A stretch of DNA of 64,000 bases from the NCBI RefSeq assembly GCF_009914755.1, contig NC_060929.1. One strand, written 5' to 3'. Positions 51,505 through 63,810 of this stretch are shown piece after piece (position 1 is the first letter of the stretch; every line of letters begins with the position of its first letter). The position numbers and the translations under genes are program-made. Source of the DNA: the human T2T-CHM13v2.0 reference genome, Homo sapiens. The notes under the pieces were generated by a model that was not told the origin of the DNA, searched no databases, and saw only the letters and a list, made by a program, of their open reading frames with translations.

Positions 51505-52199
51505 TAAATGGAATCTTTAATGGCCATTCTGCTCAGTGCCAAATTCAAAGGTGGACTTCAAAGGACAGCAATAGGGAAAAGGAGCAGAACTTGGTAGGGA
51601 GAAAGAAAGCTCAGAGGAAAGCGCATTTTTAATTTTTTCTGTTTCTTCTATTCTTTCAGTGGTATTTCTGTTTTCATGATGGTGCGGGTAGAAGCACTTG
51701 TCTTATACTTGTGAGTCTTTGTAAACTAAATTTTCTATTATATTGAACATTAAAAAGAGTAATAAAATTGATTTTAAACTTGTGTCTCCTCGGAGCAGGA
51801 AAAAGATCTGGCACTCATCATAACTAAACAATAAAGCTGTGTCATTTAAAACAGCAAGCTTGCTCTTAGGACACATAAATAGACATAAAACGGCAGCAGT
51901 CAAAGTGGTCTGATGACCACTGGTGGGCCTTAAGGATTCTCCAGGTGGTCTTTTAGCTGGCCTCTTGTAACGCTAGCATTTACATACAACCACATTTATG
52001 CTGTCTTTGTAGTTTAGAATGAATCAGTTTATGGCCCTCATTAATGTCTGTTTAAAAACAGCATGTCTCAATAATTTTGGTTAGAATATGTGGTCTATGA
52101 TGTTCTGTGTCATATGGAAATGATCTGTGGGTCACATATACTTATGAAACTCTGGAATCACATATCTAGGCCCTTTAAGTCATAAGTTAACATTTATTG

Positions 52200-52745
52200 C
52201 ATGCACAATATGTGGCAGAGATTGCCCATTCTCCTAGTTCCCTAGAAATCAGTGAGGCAGCTGTGGGCTCTTTGCCTAGAAATACACCTCTCTTGGGGGC
52301 TGAAAGTCAGCCTTGGGCATGTCCAATGAAACAAAAGAAATCTGCTTGCAGAGAGAAACTAAGAATGGAAAGAAGCAGGTGCACAGAGAGAATGAAAGAA
52401 AATGAGGGTTTAGCCCAGCGGAGCTGAGACTGGGCCACTGCATTCCAGCCTGGGTGACAGAGTGAGACTCCATCTCAATTAAAAATAATAATAATAATAA
52501 TTAAATTAAATTAAAAAAAAAGAAAATGAGAGTTTAGAAAAGAGAGAGGGGACAGATGAGCTGCTTTGGCTTTTGGTGACTTTGCCCTCCCTGGTTTTGG
52601 CTCAAGTGCCAAACCTTGAAGAACCCAAGGTTTATGTCCTTGGGTTCTAAGGAATGGTCCTCCCACTTTCACTAGATTACTTTTCTCTTGCTCTTTCCAT
52701 TTGATTAGCCAGAGTAAGAGAATGTCTGTTTTTTGCAATTCAATT
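52200..52745 (+). mobile_element. Old MLT1 LTR (MLT1J/K/L class) interrupted by an Alu fragment
   Basis: gagagaaactaag...gaagcagg...; end gattagccagagtaagagaatgtctgttttttgcaattcaa. Confidence 0.45.
52414..52518 (+). mobile_element. Severely 5'-truncated Alu with TSD
   Basis: gagctgagactgggccactgcattccagcctgggtgacagagtgagactccatctc + A-rich tail; 19-bp TSD aaagaaaatgag(g/a)gtttag. Confidence 0.9.
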
Positions 52746-52889
52746 TCTGTCTACACTAGAAGGATCAGGAAGGTGGACTTTAATTTTTTTAAATCTTATA
52801 TTCTTTAGAATGTTTCAAATATTTCTCAGAAAGCATGCATTTGTTTACTACTTAGAAGAAAAAATTTTTAAATGCTATCTAAAATTGAT

Positions 52890-53105
52890 TGTGGACACAA
52901 TTCTAAAGCCTTACATATATTTACTCATTTATCCTAATTTTTTAAAAGTACTGGGTTTAGTGCTATTATTCACCCTCCAACTCCCCCACCCCCAATTTTG
53001 TACCTGAGAAAACTGAGGCACATGGAAATTTTCAGGGTTATGCAATTAGTAAGTGATGGAGTCAGAATTTAATTTTAAGTCATCTGACTCTAGAGCCCAT
53101 ATTCA
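52890..53105 (-). mobile_element. MIR SINE
   Basis: ctcatttatccta...ctgagaaaactgaggcaca...ttagtaagtgatggagtcagaattt...tctgactctagagccc. Confidence 0.75.
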
Positions 53106-54199
53106 ACAGAGACTTTGTACTGACTTGATTCTCTAAGGATTTCATATTTGGAGAAAAAAACCAGCAATATAGAAACGAACAACCAAACAAAAAAAAAATC
53201 CCCAAAGAACAACAACAAAAAAATTACAAAGCAAAATAAAAAACAAAACAACTACAGAAATGTATAAATCTACCATAATCAGCACTGGGTTCTGGAAAGT
53301 CTGTGCAGACTGTAGCTGGTAATTGAGAACAATAATGTTATACTTTCGCAGGTCCATTTGGACACAAGACTGTGTTCAAACGCTTACATCTAAATGTAAC
53401 CCTGATATCACTCTAACTTTGTTACATCAAAATGTCTTGGGAGCAGTCTTCTAGGACTCCACGAACTGCTTGGAAATGAGCAGCATTTCAATACCCATAA
53501 GAGGGATTTATGTCACTGGCAAAGGCAAAAAATGGAATGCAATGGAGGTCTGAACATGATCCCTGGGCAAATAGGAATGTCCAGTCAAGGGCTGCCTGAA
53601 TGTGAAGGCCCATTAGGTGGTGAGGCCTTCAATTGTGCTCCATAGCTTCACTAGGAAAGACTGGCACCAGTGCAGAATTTATTGTGGGGCTTGTTCATTC
53701 TTTGGGGTTCTCCTGTATCCCCTGGACTTCTCAGGTGTCTAGTTATTCACATATGCCAGTTCTCTAGTTTAATGTTCTAGAAAGGGTTTTAAAGAGTAAT
53801 CTAGGAACTTAGAAGCATCTACCTGTGCTGTTGCGAGGAATTCCTGGACCTAGATGTCCATTTTCTCATTCATGCATGAGTAGCAGAACAAAACATCAAG
53901 GGGTCCATTAAAAAGCTTCCATAGTACGGACAAGAGCATTTCAATAAAGGTGCTGTGGGAAATACAGGCATTTGCAGAAATGAAATTTAACTTTACAAAT
54001 GTCTGCTTGGATTCTTATTGAAAATCAGGAACACATAAACTCCAGGAACTAAGAGATTAAACATGAGATAATAAAACAGCAGACTGAGGTTTACAAACAC
54101 ACACAAACACACACACTTCTCTGGCTTGGAGGCAGGCAGAAAAAAATAGAGAACTGTAAATGTGATAGAGAAAGGATAAGATAAAAACCAAACTGTGAT

Positions 54200-54450
54200 C
54201 ATAGGATTACACTTGTGTTAGAAGAATAACTAGTGCAATTGAAACTGGAAAATAAATGAAGTGAGTTGGAGGACACAGTTGAAATGTATTCCAGAATCTA
54301 AAGGAGTGAAGAGACAGAAATGATTTCAGAAAAGATTAGATATTACAGACATAGGAGGCATCTCCAGATAGGAATAATGTCTGTCCCTGAGGAAGAGATC
54401 AGAGTAAATGAGAGGAAACAATAACAAATATAATAGAATAAAAAGTGCTG
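54200..54450 (+). mobile_element. Very old L1M/HAL1 ORF1-region remnant
   Basis: aagtgagttggaggaca...gaaaagattagat...gtccctgaggaagagatcagagtaaatg. Confidence 0.35.
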
Positions 54451-54859
54451 AAAAAACAGCCATTTTTATTCTCAGTTTCTTGTAACCTACTTTTACAAGA
54501 AACCTCAGTTTCTTGTAAAACAAATTGTTTGCCTGTCTTATCCAGTTTCTTGTAAAACAAATTCAGAGACCAATTTTTTAAAAGAGTGTCTCTTGTTTCT
54601 ATAGCTCAGGATTCATTCCCTTTCTCTAATTCTTCTCAGCTAGAAACTGGGATGACCTCTTAATAGGATTAAGGGTGGGAGTTAGGTAAAAATAGAAACA
54701 TAGAGGTGAGCTCTTGGACATGCTTTCGCTCCAGGAAACTAAAAAGGAATATAATCTACATATAAAATAGGTGGGTCACCGTGTATTTGTAACTATATTA
54801 ATAATCTCAGCATAAAAATTAACCAGAAGCTTCCATTTAGTTAAGTGAAGAGTAAAGGC

Positions 54860-55070
54860 CATAGATTCAAAGGAGTGAGTGTGCATACAGCCCTGAGTCC
54901 ACTGCTGACTAAATGCACAGTACACATTTCCATTTATCTTCTCTTTGTCTCATTTTCTTCCCCTGTTAAACTGGAAGACAACTAATAACTGTCTAACCTA
55001 CTGCAAAATGGCAATATGAGCATGGGAATAAAACCATACAAATAAAATTTCATGCAAATGTAGATGTTAT
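54860..55070 (+). mobile_element. MIR fragment
   Basis: cttctctttgtctcattttcttcccctgttaaactgga...taactgtctaacct. Confidence 0.5.
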
Positions 55071-55832
55071 TGGGGGCACAGGGACCATGATGTCAAATCT
55101 GGTAACTGGACTGCATCCCTCAAGCTGAAAGAGTCACACCAGCTGGTTTTCTAAGGGCAACTTAGCTTTAAAAGTGAGATCTCTGCTTTGCAGATAAAAC
55201 AATTCTCACTTGTGAAGAAAGAAGCATACACTAGCCCAAGCATTTGCAATTTTGCAGTTCCCGGACACAGCAGATAAAAATCATTAAACATGCATCAATC
55301 ATGTGGAATAATAGAAACAATCACAATAGCTGAAAGTTATGGTAGGAGCCATGCCTCCTGCTTTGAAAATAAACTTGTCAGCTTTGCTTCATCATTTATC
55401 TTCTGTAATGTTTTCCCTTTGCTTAATCAGCATTCACATGCCATCGGGAGACTATTATCTTGGAATAAATATGTCCCTTGAGAAATTCTCTTCATTGGAC
55501 TCTAATATTTTATACTTACAGGAGCACTTCATAGAAAAACTCAATACAAGAACAGAAAAATAATGTAATAGAGAATGTGTCTTTAGGCTATGCTCAAAAG
55601 TTCCCTAGAAGATTCTTAGAATAATCCCATGGAAGCAAAGTTGCAGGGAAGAAAGACAGACAAGCTATTGCCTTGCTGGGTTTCAGAATACTGGCTCTAC
55701 TTCTAAGGAATTCGTTATTGGAACTCCACGTCTTCATGGATGTATTAATACTTCCAAAGAGTTTTAACTCTTGACCATGACCGAGGGAAGGCAGTGGTTG
55801 GTATACCAGTCTCAGAAAATAACTCTACTCAT

Positions 55833-56050
55833 CAGGGTCAAGACTAGGGCAATGCCAGTGAGTAACTTGCTTCAGGAGCAAAATTTACAATATACAGCAG
55901 TGCTGAATAACCTCAGTAATTAAGATAAATGATATTTGAATGCAATATTTTTAAAAATAAAAATTATTGCAAAAATCCCATGATGAACAAAATCTGGAGG
56001 GGGTCTAAAGTAGTCACTGTATCAAAAGTTTGAATAAAGACAAGATCAGA
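55833..56050 (+). mobile_element. MER96B (hAT-Tip100) 5' part
   Basis: cagggtcaagactaggg...gcaaaattta...ctcagtaattaagataaat...tgcaatatttttaaaaat...catgatgaacaaaat...aataaagacaagatc. Confidence 0.7.
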
Positions 56051-56459
56051 ACATGATTTTATGCAGCTGAAATGAGATCCCAAGGAACACAAGGACAGTC
56101 TAGAAGGGAATTTAAAGGTAGAAAAGGATAGAACAAGATGAGTGTGCTGAAGAGGGCAGGAAAACACTTCTCAGTAAGTGACAGTGAGAGTGTGCTCACA
56201 TTGATTATTGGCAGGTGCACCACGGGAATTTTTTTTTTTTTTAATCCCTGAGTAGACAGACTATCTTTCTGCTCCAGCCAGGCTACTTTCCTGAACCACT
56301 GCCCCATTATGAACCAGTCCCTTTTAAAGCCTAGACTTTGGGAGGAGGCGGCGGGGGCACCTAGCTCCCTCTGCCTTCAAAGCAACTTATACATATTTAT
56401 TTTGAACTTGCAATGCACCCTCCTCTTTGAGGGAGCAGGTGGATATTTAAGTAGATGTT

Positions 56460-56735
56460 CACCCAGAAGGCTGAATGTTTATTCTAGAAGAAGCAGCAGT
56501 CCTTAGCCACACTTTCCCCAATCCCTGATACATAGATTCCAGCCAGTGAGTGTGGGTGGAGCAATGTTCCTCTTGAGAGGGTACAGTGAGCTCTTCTGGG
56601 GGCAGCTCCACTGCCACATGTGTGGTTGCTGGCTATGCCTCAGGCTGTTTCAATAATATATGGGTGGCACAATGCCATACCCAGCGGGTCAGCTGCCAGG
56701 TCATGGGGTGTGGGGAGCCATTCTCCCACCCACTC
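56460..56735 (-). mobile_element. Possible old ERVL LTR (LTR16-like) fragment
   Basis: GC-richer block ending catggggtgtggggagccattctcccaccca; weak resemblance only. Confidence 0.3.
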
Positions 56736-57459
56736 TCAACCTAAAACAGTTAGGATTGCTCTGGGCATTCATTTCCTCCCCTTCCCTCAAAGCAGGAGGA
56801 ACATTGAGAAGAATATTATTAGTTAAAAAAAATAGATTTTAAGCTGAAACATGAATAGAAAATTCAATAGTCTTCAACATTCTATTGTCCTCTGAAAGTA
56901 AATGGCAGGGGTTTATTTTTTATTTATTTTTTTCTGTTAAATTCAGGCGTGGGTTATATGGCTTTCTGGGTAGGCAGTTTATTCTTTGGTTAAGGCTTAG
57001 CTTTAGTTTATAGTTTGTATCTTAGTACTGGAATATGTACATGTGCTCTTGAATTAACATCTACTCTAAATATCCTACTAGACCAAAAGGTTTATGACCA
57101 AACTCAGTGACAAGAAGAGCCACAGTGAAAGACCAGTCAGCTTTTCAGCAGCTGATGGATAGTGGTAAAATGTAGAATTTGTAACTGGTCCCTTTGCCAG
57201 AGGAATAGCTGTGCTGGCCCTCTCATGTGCTAGAAGAATCGACTGCCTCCAAGCATTCATCGAGGCAGCAACCCTGAACATACAGTAACTGCAGCTCCTT
57301 TTATCACTCTTCTGTTTTCCTTAAACATAAGGCAATAGATCTGAAGACTGAACAACCCTTTATGGTAGGTTGGGGAAAATAATTAATAATCTTGGTCTAG
57401 GAAGGGCTGATGGCAGTCACTGTTCATCACTCCATGTCTGGGATATGTTCTAAGAGCCA

Positions 57460-57682
57460 ACTTGGAACTCTGCTCATCAAAGAAGCTTTCCTGATGGATA
57501 TTTCATGTGGCATTTTTATACTGCATTGTATTCCAGTTACTTATGAATATGGCAACTGTATAAATACATGTATGTGAATTTCTAGGGGGAATCACTGCAT
57601 TGTATTCATGTTGGAATTCCTTGCATAGTACCTTGAATATAGTGTTTGCTAAAAGTGTGTTGAATGAACAAACAAATGAATA
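57460..57682 (+). mobile_element. L2 3' tail
   Basis: agaagctttcctga...catagtaccttgaatatagtg...gtgttgaatgaacaaacaaatgaa. Confidence 0.55.
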
Positions 57683-57994
57683 AGACTACAAAGTTTTATG
57701 AATTCAAAATGAATTGGTCAGCATGTCTTTAGGCAGGTACTTTTTTTTTTTTTTTTTTTTAAATTAGGACTTGTGGCTCCCTGATGATCCCCTATGGGCT
57801 GATGCTAGCTGGCTTCAAAGAAATCACCTCTGACCTTCGCCAGAGTCCTCTCCTTGACGAATCTGATTTGAGAATTGATTGAAGGGACAGCCAAAATTTT
57901 GCATTTTTACAAAAAGATAACCAAATGCCTGATACCCTGTTTTGTTTGTGATTCCCTAGCATGTCTGGCCTGGTATTAAAAACATCCAAACAAA

Positions 57995-58215
57995 ATAATA
58001 ACCATAAAAGCTACTACTTATGGGTTACTACATACTCAACACTGTTTTGATGGTTTTGCATGTTTTAAATCACTGAATCTTGACAATCACTTGATAAGGT
58101 AGAATATTTTTCCTATTCCACAGGTGAGGAAACAGAGGCATGGAAATATAATTTGTATACAGGAGCTGAGATTTGACTCAGAAGGTCTAGCTCAAGTTGT
58201 AGTAGTCAGCTATTA
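57995..58215 (-). mobile_element. MIR SINE
   Basis: cctattccacaggtgaggaaacagaggca...ggagctgagatttgactcag. Confidence 0.7.
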
Positions 58216-58332
58216 CACTTGCTGTCCTTTCACTTAGCTTTAGAAGATAGTGGTCTGAGCCTATATTTCACTTTCTCGTCACTCAATATCCTATTGAAAT
58301 AACTTTTAAAAAATAAGAATGAACTAGATAAA

Positions 58333-61300
58333 GAGACTTCTGGAATGGCAGTAGAAGGAGCTCTGCAGAACTGTTTCACAGCAAAACAGACACAGCAGGT
58401 GAAAATTATACATATTATATTATACACATATAACCATAGCAGGTAAAAATTATATATAATATTATATATTTGGAATATATAATATTATTGTAATGTATTG
58501 TAATATAATATAAAATATATTATATATAATATATTTATTGCTATATATTATATATTATATATAATATACTATATATAATAATATATAAACATATTATTGG
58601 AATATAATATATAATATATTGGAATATAATATATAATATGTTATATTGGAATATAATATAATATATAATATGTTATATGTTATATAACATATAACATATA
58701 ATATAATATATTATATATAATGCATAATACATAATATATAATATAATATAACATATAACATATTATAATATATTATTCTATAATATAATATATATATTAT
58801 ATTATAAATAATACATATTATATTATATTATATTATATACAATGTATATTATATTATAAATTATATAATATATACTATAGTATATATTATATTATAGATT
58901 ATATACTATAGTATATATTATATTATCGATAATATAATATATACTATAGTATATATTATATAATTTATTATATAATATATTATATAATTTATTATATAAT
59001 ATATTATATAATTTATTATATAATATATTATATAATTAGAATATATAATTAATTTAGTCATTATTGTTTATATATTTATATATTATATAATTATATATTA
59101 CAATATATTACATTTTATATAATAAATTAATATTATATAATATATTATATATAAATAATAATTAAATTTATCATATATTATATAAATATATAAAATATAA
59201 TTATACAACATATAAATATATATTATATAAAATATAAAATTATTCCCTCAAAGCAGGAGGAAGGTATACTAATAAAATATAATATATCATATTATATTAT
59301 ATTAATATATAATATATTATATAAAATTATATATAATATATAACATATATTGTATATATATATAACTCCAACCACTTAAACTCCAGAAATTGTCTTAGTG
59401 GCATACAGAAAAACCTAAAAGAAAAAAAACACTCAAGAAAATCTACTGAATTAATGAGAACAGTGAGAGTCTGTGGCACTTAAGCTATGGCTCTCAAGCT
59501 ATAGCTCTCTTCTTCTACCCCCCTACCTCAGCTTGAGACAGGCTCTACTGCAGGTGGATTTGGCCAAGAAGAAGGGATCTCTCTCCTCTCGCCTCTCACC
59601 AAGGATATGGTGTCTCACCAGAGTGGGAGGCCTCCAGCATTTCTCAGCTCCCCTTCTCCATGCCCTCCAAACAACTCCAGGTTGTACAGATCAAATTCCC
59701 ACCAAGTGCAGCTGAGTGGTTGGGAGCTCCCTTCCTCCACCCACTTGCCATTTGTCGGTGGAGTCCTTACTTCAAATCAGTTAAGCTGGGAATAATGGGA
59801 CCCTAATTGCCCTCACCCAGCTCTCTTGTTGAGTTGAGATTCCACATGAGAGGAGGCAAATCAAATATCTGGAGACTACTGTCTCACCCAGAATCCTGTT
59901 CATAAAGCAAGGATGTCACTCTGAGAGAAGTGGGCCACAGTTCCTGCCCTCAAGTCAGAGCAGGGGCCCAGAGATCTTGCCCAAGGAGAGAAGTCAATAG
60001 AAACAGAGAGGTTTGAATCTCTCCACAAATGAACTGACGTTATTTGCAACAGAGTGTGGGAAAGCTCAAATTTAACTACCAAAAACGATGGAAATTTTGG
60101 TGGTAGGCTGTTAAGAGGCAGCTGATAGTTTAATGAGAACAGTAAGCTAAACTATAGGCCAGATAGTTTACCAGAGAGGAGCACGAAAAGAGACAGCTAT
60201 GAAGAATTCTTCTGGAAACAGAACAAACTTCAAAGCATGGCCTCAAAAACTACCCTTGCAAAGGAACCCAAATCTTAATTGTTTGAGAGTGTGGAATACT
60301 TTATGTCATAGGGTATTATTTAAAACAATAAAGCAGAATACAAAGTCTTCTAAAGTGTACATGAAACATTTTTCAGGATAGACCATATTCTTAGTCACAA
60401 AAGAAGTCTCAATAAATTTAAAAGGATTGAAATATACAGAATACAATTTCCAACTACAATAAAGTGAAATTAGAAATCAACAAGAAAAGAATTTGTGAAA
60501 TTCACAAATATGTAGTAATTAAATAACATATTCCTAAATAACCAATGGGTCAAAGAATACACCATAATAGAAAGTAGAAAATATTTTGGAAAGAATGAAA
60601 TGAAGAAAAAAACATATTAAAACTTATGGGATGCAGCCAAAGCCCTACTTAGAGGAAAATTTATATCTGCGAGCAGCTATATTAAAAAAAGGAAAAAGAA
60701 ATCAAATTAGTAAGTTAAATTTCTACCATAAGACACTTGAAAAATAACTGCAAGCTAAATCTGAAGCAAGCTGAAAGAAATAATAAAGATTATAGCTAAA
60801 ATAATAAAATAGAGAGTTTCAAGACAATAAAGATAACTTAAAACAATTTGGTTCTTTGAAAAACTCAACAAAATTGAAAAATCTTTAGACTGATCAACCA
60901 ACTAACCTTAAGTTCATAAAAATCAGGAAATCCAGAATGAAAGGGAGAATATGCATGCTCACCTTACAAAAATAAAAGGAAATATAGGAAATAGTAGGAA
61001 CAACTGTGTATCAACAAATTATATAACTTAGATCAAATCAACAAATTCTAGGAAAGACACAAACTACTGAAACTGACTCAAAAAATAGAAAATTTAAATC
61101 ACCCTATAACCTATAAAGATTAAATTTATGATTAAAAATGTTTCTTTATCCCCTTCACAATATCCCAGTATTTTATGGTTTCACTGGTAAATCTTATGAC
61201 ACATTTAAGAATAATTAATATCAGTTCTTCAAAAACTCTTCCTAAATACTGAAAATGATGGCACACTCTCCAACTAATTTTATGAGGCCAGTATTATTTT

Positions 61301-62790
61301 AGTACCAAAATCAGATAAAGATATCACAAGAAAAATACAGATCAATATCCTTTATGAATATAGAAAAAAAATATGCCAGACTGAATCCAGCAACATGTGA
61401 AAAGATGACACACCATGACCAAATGGGATTCATTATAGGAATGCAAGGTTAGTTTAACATCAGAAAAATGAATATAATTTACTGTGTCAATAGAATTGTC
61501 CTTTGTTACAGGACAAAAGCAACCTGATTATCTCCATAAATGTGGAAGAAGATTTTGCCAAAATCCAAAATGTCTTCGTGATAATATTTAACAAACTAAG
61601 AATAGAAGGGAAATTTTTCAGCCTGATAAAGGGCATCTACAAAAAACTCACAGCTAATATCATACTTAAAGTGAAAGATTGAATGCTTTCCCCTAATACT
61701 AAAAGCAAAAGAAAGATGTCTACTCTTACCACTTATATTGAACATTGTACTGGAAGTTCTACCCAGGGCAATTAGGCAAGAAACTGAAAATAAAAGACAT
61801 CCAGATTAGAAAGGAAAAAGTAAAACTATCTCTGTTTCAAGATGACATGTTCCTGTATTTAGAAAATTGTAGGGAATCCATTGCAAATCTTTTAGAACTA
61901 ATAATCTAGTTAAGTACTTCCAATAGACAAAAATCAACTGTAGTTTCATACACTTGAAATGAGAAATCCAAAATAGATATTTAAAATAGCTTCTCTAACA
62001 ATAGTATCAAAGAAATAAAATACTTAGGTATAAATTTACAAAAGAAGTACAAAACTTATACTCTAAAAACTATAAAATCTTGTTGAAATAAGAACACCTA
62101 AATAAATGGAAAAGCATCCCAAGTTCATGAATCAGAAAGCCTAATATTATTAATATTGTAATACTCCCCCAATTGATCTATAGATTTAATGCAATTGTAT
62201 CAAAATCCCAGATGGTTTCTGTGAAAGTAGATGAAGTGGTCATAAAATTTACATTGAAATATAAGACAGCAAGATAGCCAAAATAATCTTGAAAAAGAGT
62301 ATAGTTAGATGGCTCACATTTTCCAGTTTCAAAGCTTACTACAAAGCTACAGCAATCAAGACTGTGTGATACTGGCATAAACATTGACTGTATGATCTTA
62401 AACATAGATCAATGAAATAGAGTTGGGATTCCTTCACGTTTACTGTCAATTGATTTTTGCCAAGAATGCCAGGCAATCCAATGGAGGAAAGAAGAGTCTT
62501 TTTGTCATATAATGTTGGGACGATTGGATATCTGCTTGCAAAAGAATAAAGTTGGACTCCTATCTCACACAATACACAAAATTGCATAATGGGTCAAAGA
62601 CCTAAGTGTAAGGTCTAAAACTACAAAATTCTTATAAGAAAACATGTATGTATGTATTTTTGAGCTTTGATTAGGCAACGGTTTCTTAAATATGATGCCA
62701 AAAACATAAGCCACAAAGATAAAGATAAATTAGACTTCCAAATTGAAAACTTTTGTGCTTGATGTTTTTTACCATCAAGAAAATGAAAAG
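58333..62790 (+). mobile_element. Old L1 (L1MB/L1M4 class): 5' UTR plus degenerate ORF2, ORF1 apparently absent, 3' end missing
   Basis: 5' start gacttctggaatggcagtagaaggagctc; ORF2 from ~60345 (ggatagaccatatt...ctcaataaatttaaaagg); RT motif remnant LSLFQDDM (L1 FADDM) at ~61826-61849; many stops and frameshifts. Confidence 0.8.
58402..59364. repeat. ~960-bp complex (TA)/AT-rich tract inside the L1 5' region
   Basis: Nearly all A/T; sub-repeats ttggaatata x4, atatactatagtatat x3, 22-bp tatataatattatataatttat x3. Confidence 0.95.
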
Positions 62791-62799
62791 ACAAATAGC

Positions 62800-63810
62800 A
62801 CAATTGTTCTTAATGTACTTACAAAGAAATGCATCTTGAAACTAGATACTTTTTTTTCCCAACTAGAACAAAAATGTTTTAATAGTGAGAAAATTTAGAC
62901 TCAGTGATAGTGTGGGAATATATTCTCTGTTGCTTTTTTTTTACAAAGTAGTTTGGCAGTGTGTATCAAAATTTTAAATGTTCCTTTCTTTATATTCAGA
63001 AAGTCTACCTCTACTAATACACCATATCAAAATACAAAAATACACAAAGGTTAAAGAATAAGGATGACTACTGAAGAATCATTTACTATACCAAATAAAT
63101 GAAAACAACCCAAAAGCTTATCAATAGGGAAGACACTTAATAACGACTGGTATAGTCATTATGTATAGGATGACTGTTTTCTTATTTCTATAGGAGTGAA
63201 GTAAATCTGCATACATTAACGTGGAAAGTTGTTCATGCTAGATAAAGACAAGGGAAAAAATTATAATACATGACAATATGTATAAATATAATATCTTATG
63301 GTTTAATAAACATAAAACAAGGCTTTTGTGCCCATTATTTCTCAGGAAACACCTAAACATTACTAATTAGATAAATACTTGCTGCAATTATCATAGCTTA
63401 TGATATAGATTAGTACCCATAAGGGAAATAACTTTATCCCAAGTGAAAATACATGGAATTTGAATATTTGCCTTTTTGATGTTTGATTTAGGGCACAGTT
63501 TTGAAGTTACTCTTTGTTTATGCCATCATGACTTCAAACATATACTCCAAAATTGGTGAATATTTATTTAGTCAATTTCATGTAATACAGTAATGCATTA
63601 ATAGAAATGTAATTCAAATTATATATATGCATATATAATTGCCTGGAAATATATATGTCAAACAATTTTCAGTGGTTACTCAGAGTACAAATTGAAAAAA
63701 AAAAAGAAGAATTAAAGGGGGCATACTTTATCTTTTCTTCTCTAATCTTCTATGTTTGAATTTAACACTGGAATTTAATATTTTTATAACTAAAAATAAA
63801 GAAAGTGTTC
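62800..63810 (+). mobile_element. L1ME-type 3' fragments
   Basis: gtttggcagtgtgtatcaaaattttaaatg...atcaatagggga...; cagtggttactc...tttttataactaaaaataaa. Confidence 0.5.

Noticed and set aside
60345-62790. Possible active reverse-transcriptase gene
   Set aside because: Old L1 ORF2 with numerous stops and frameshifts; no long plus-strand ORF
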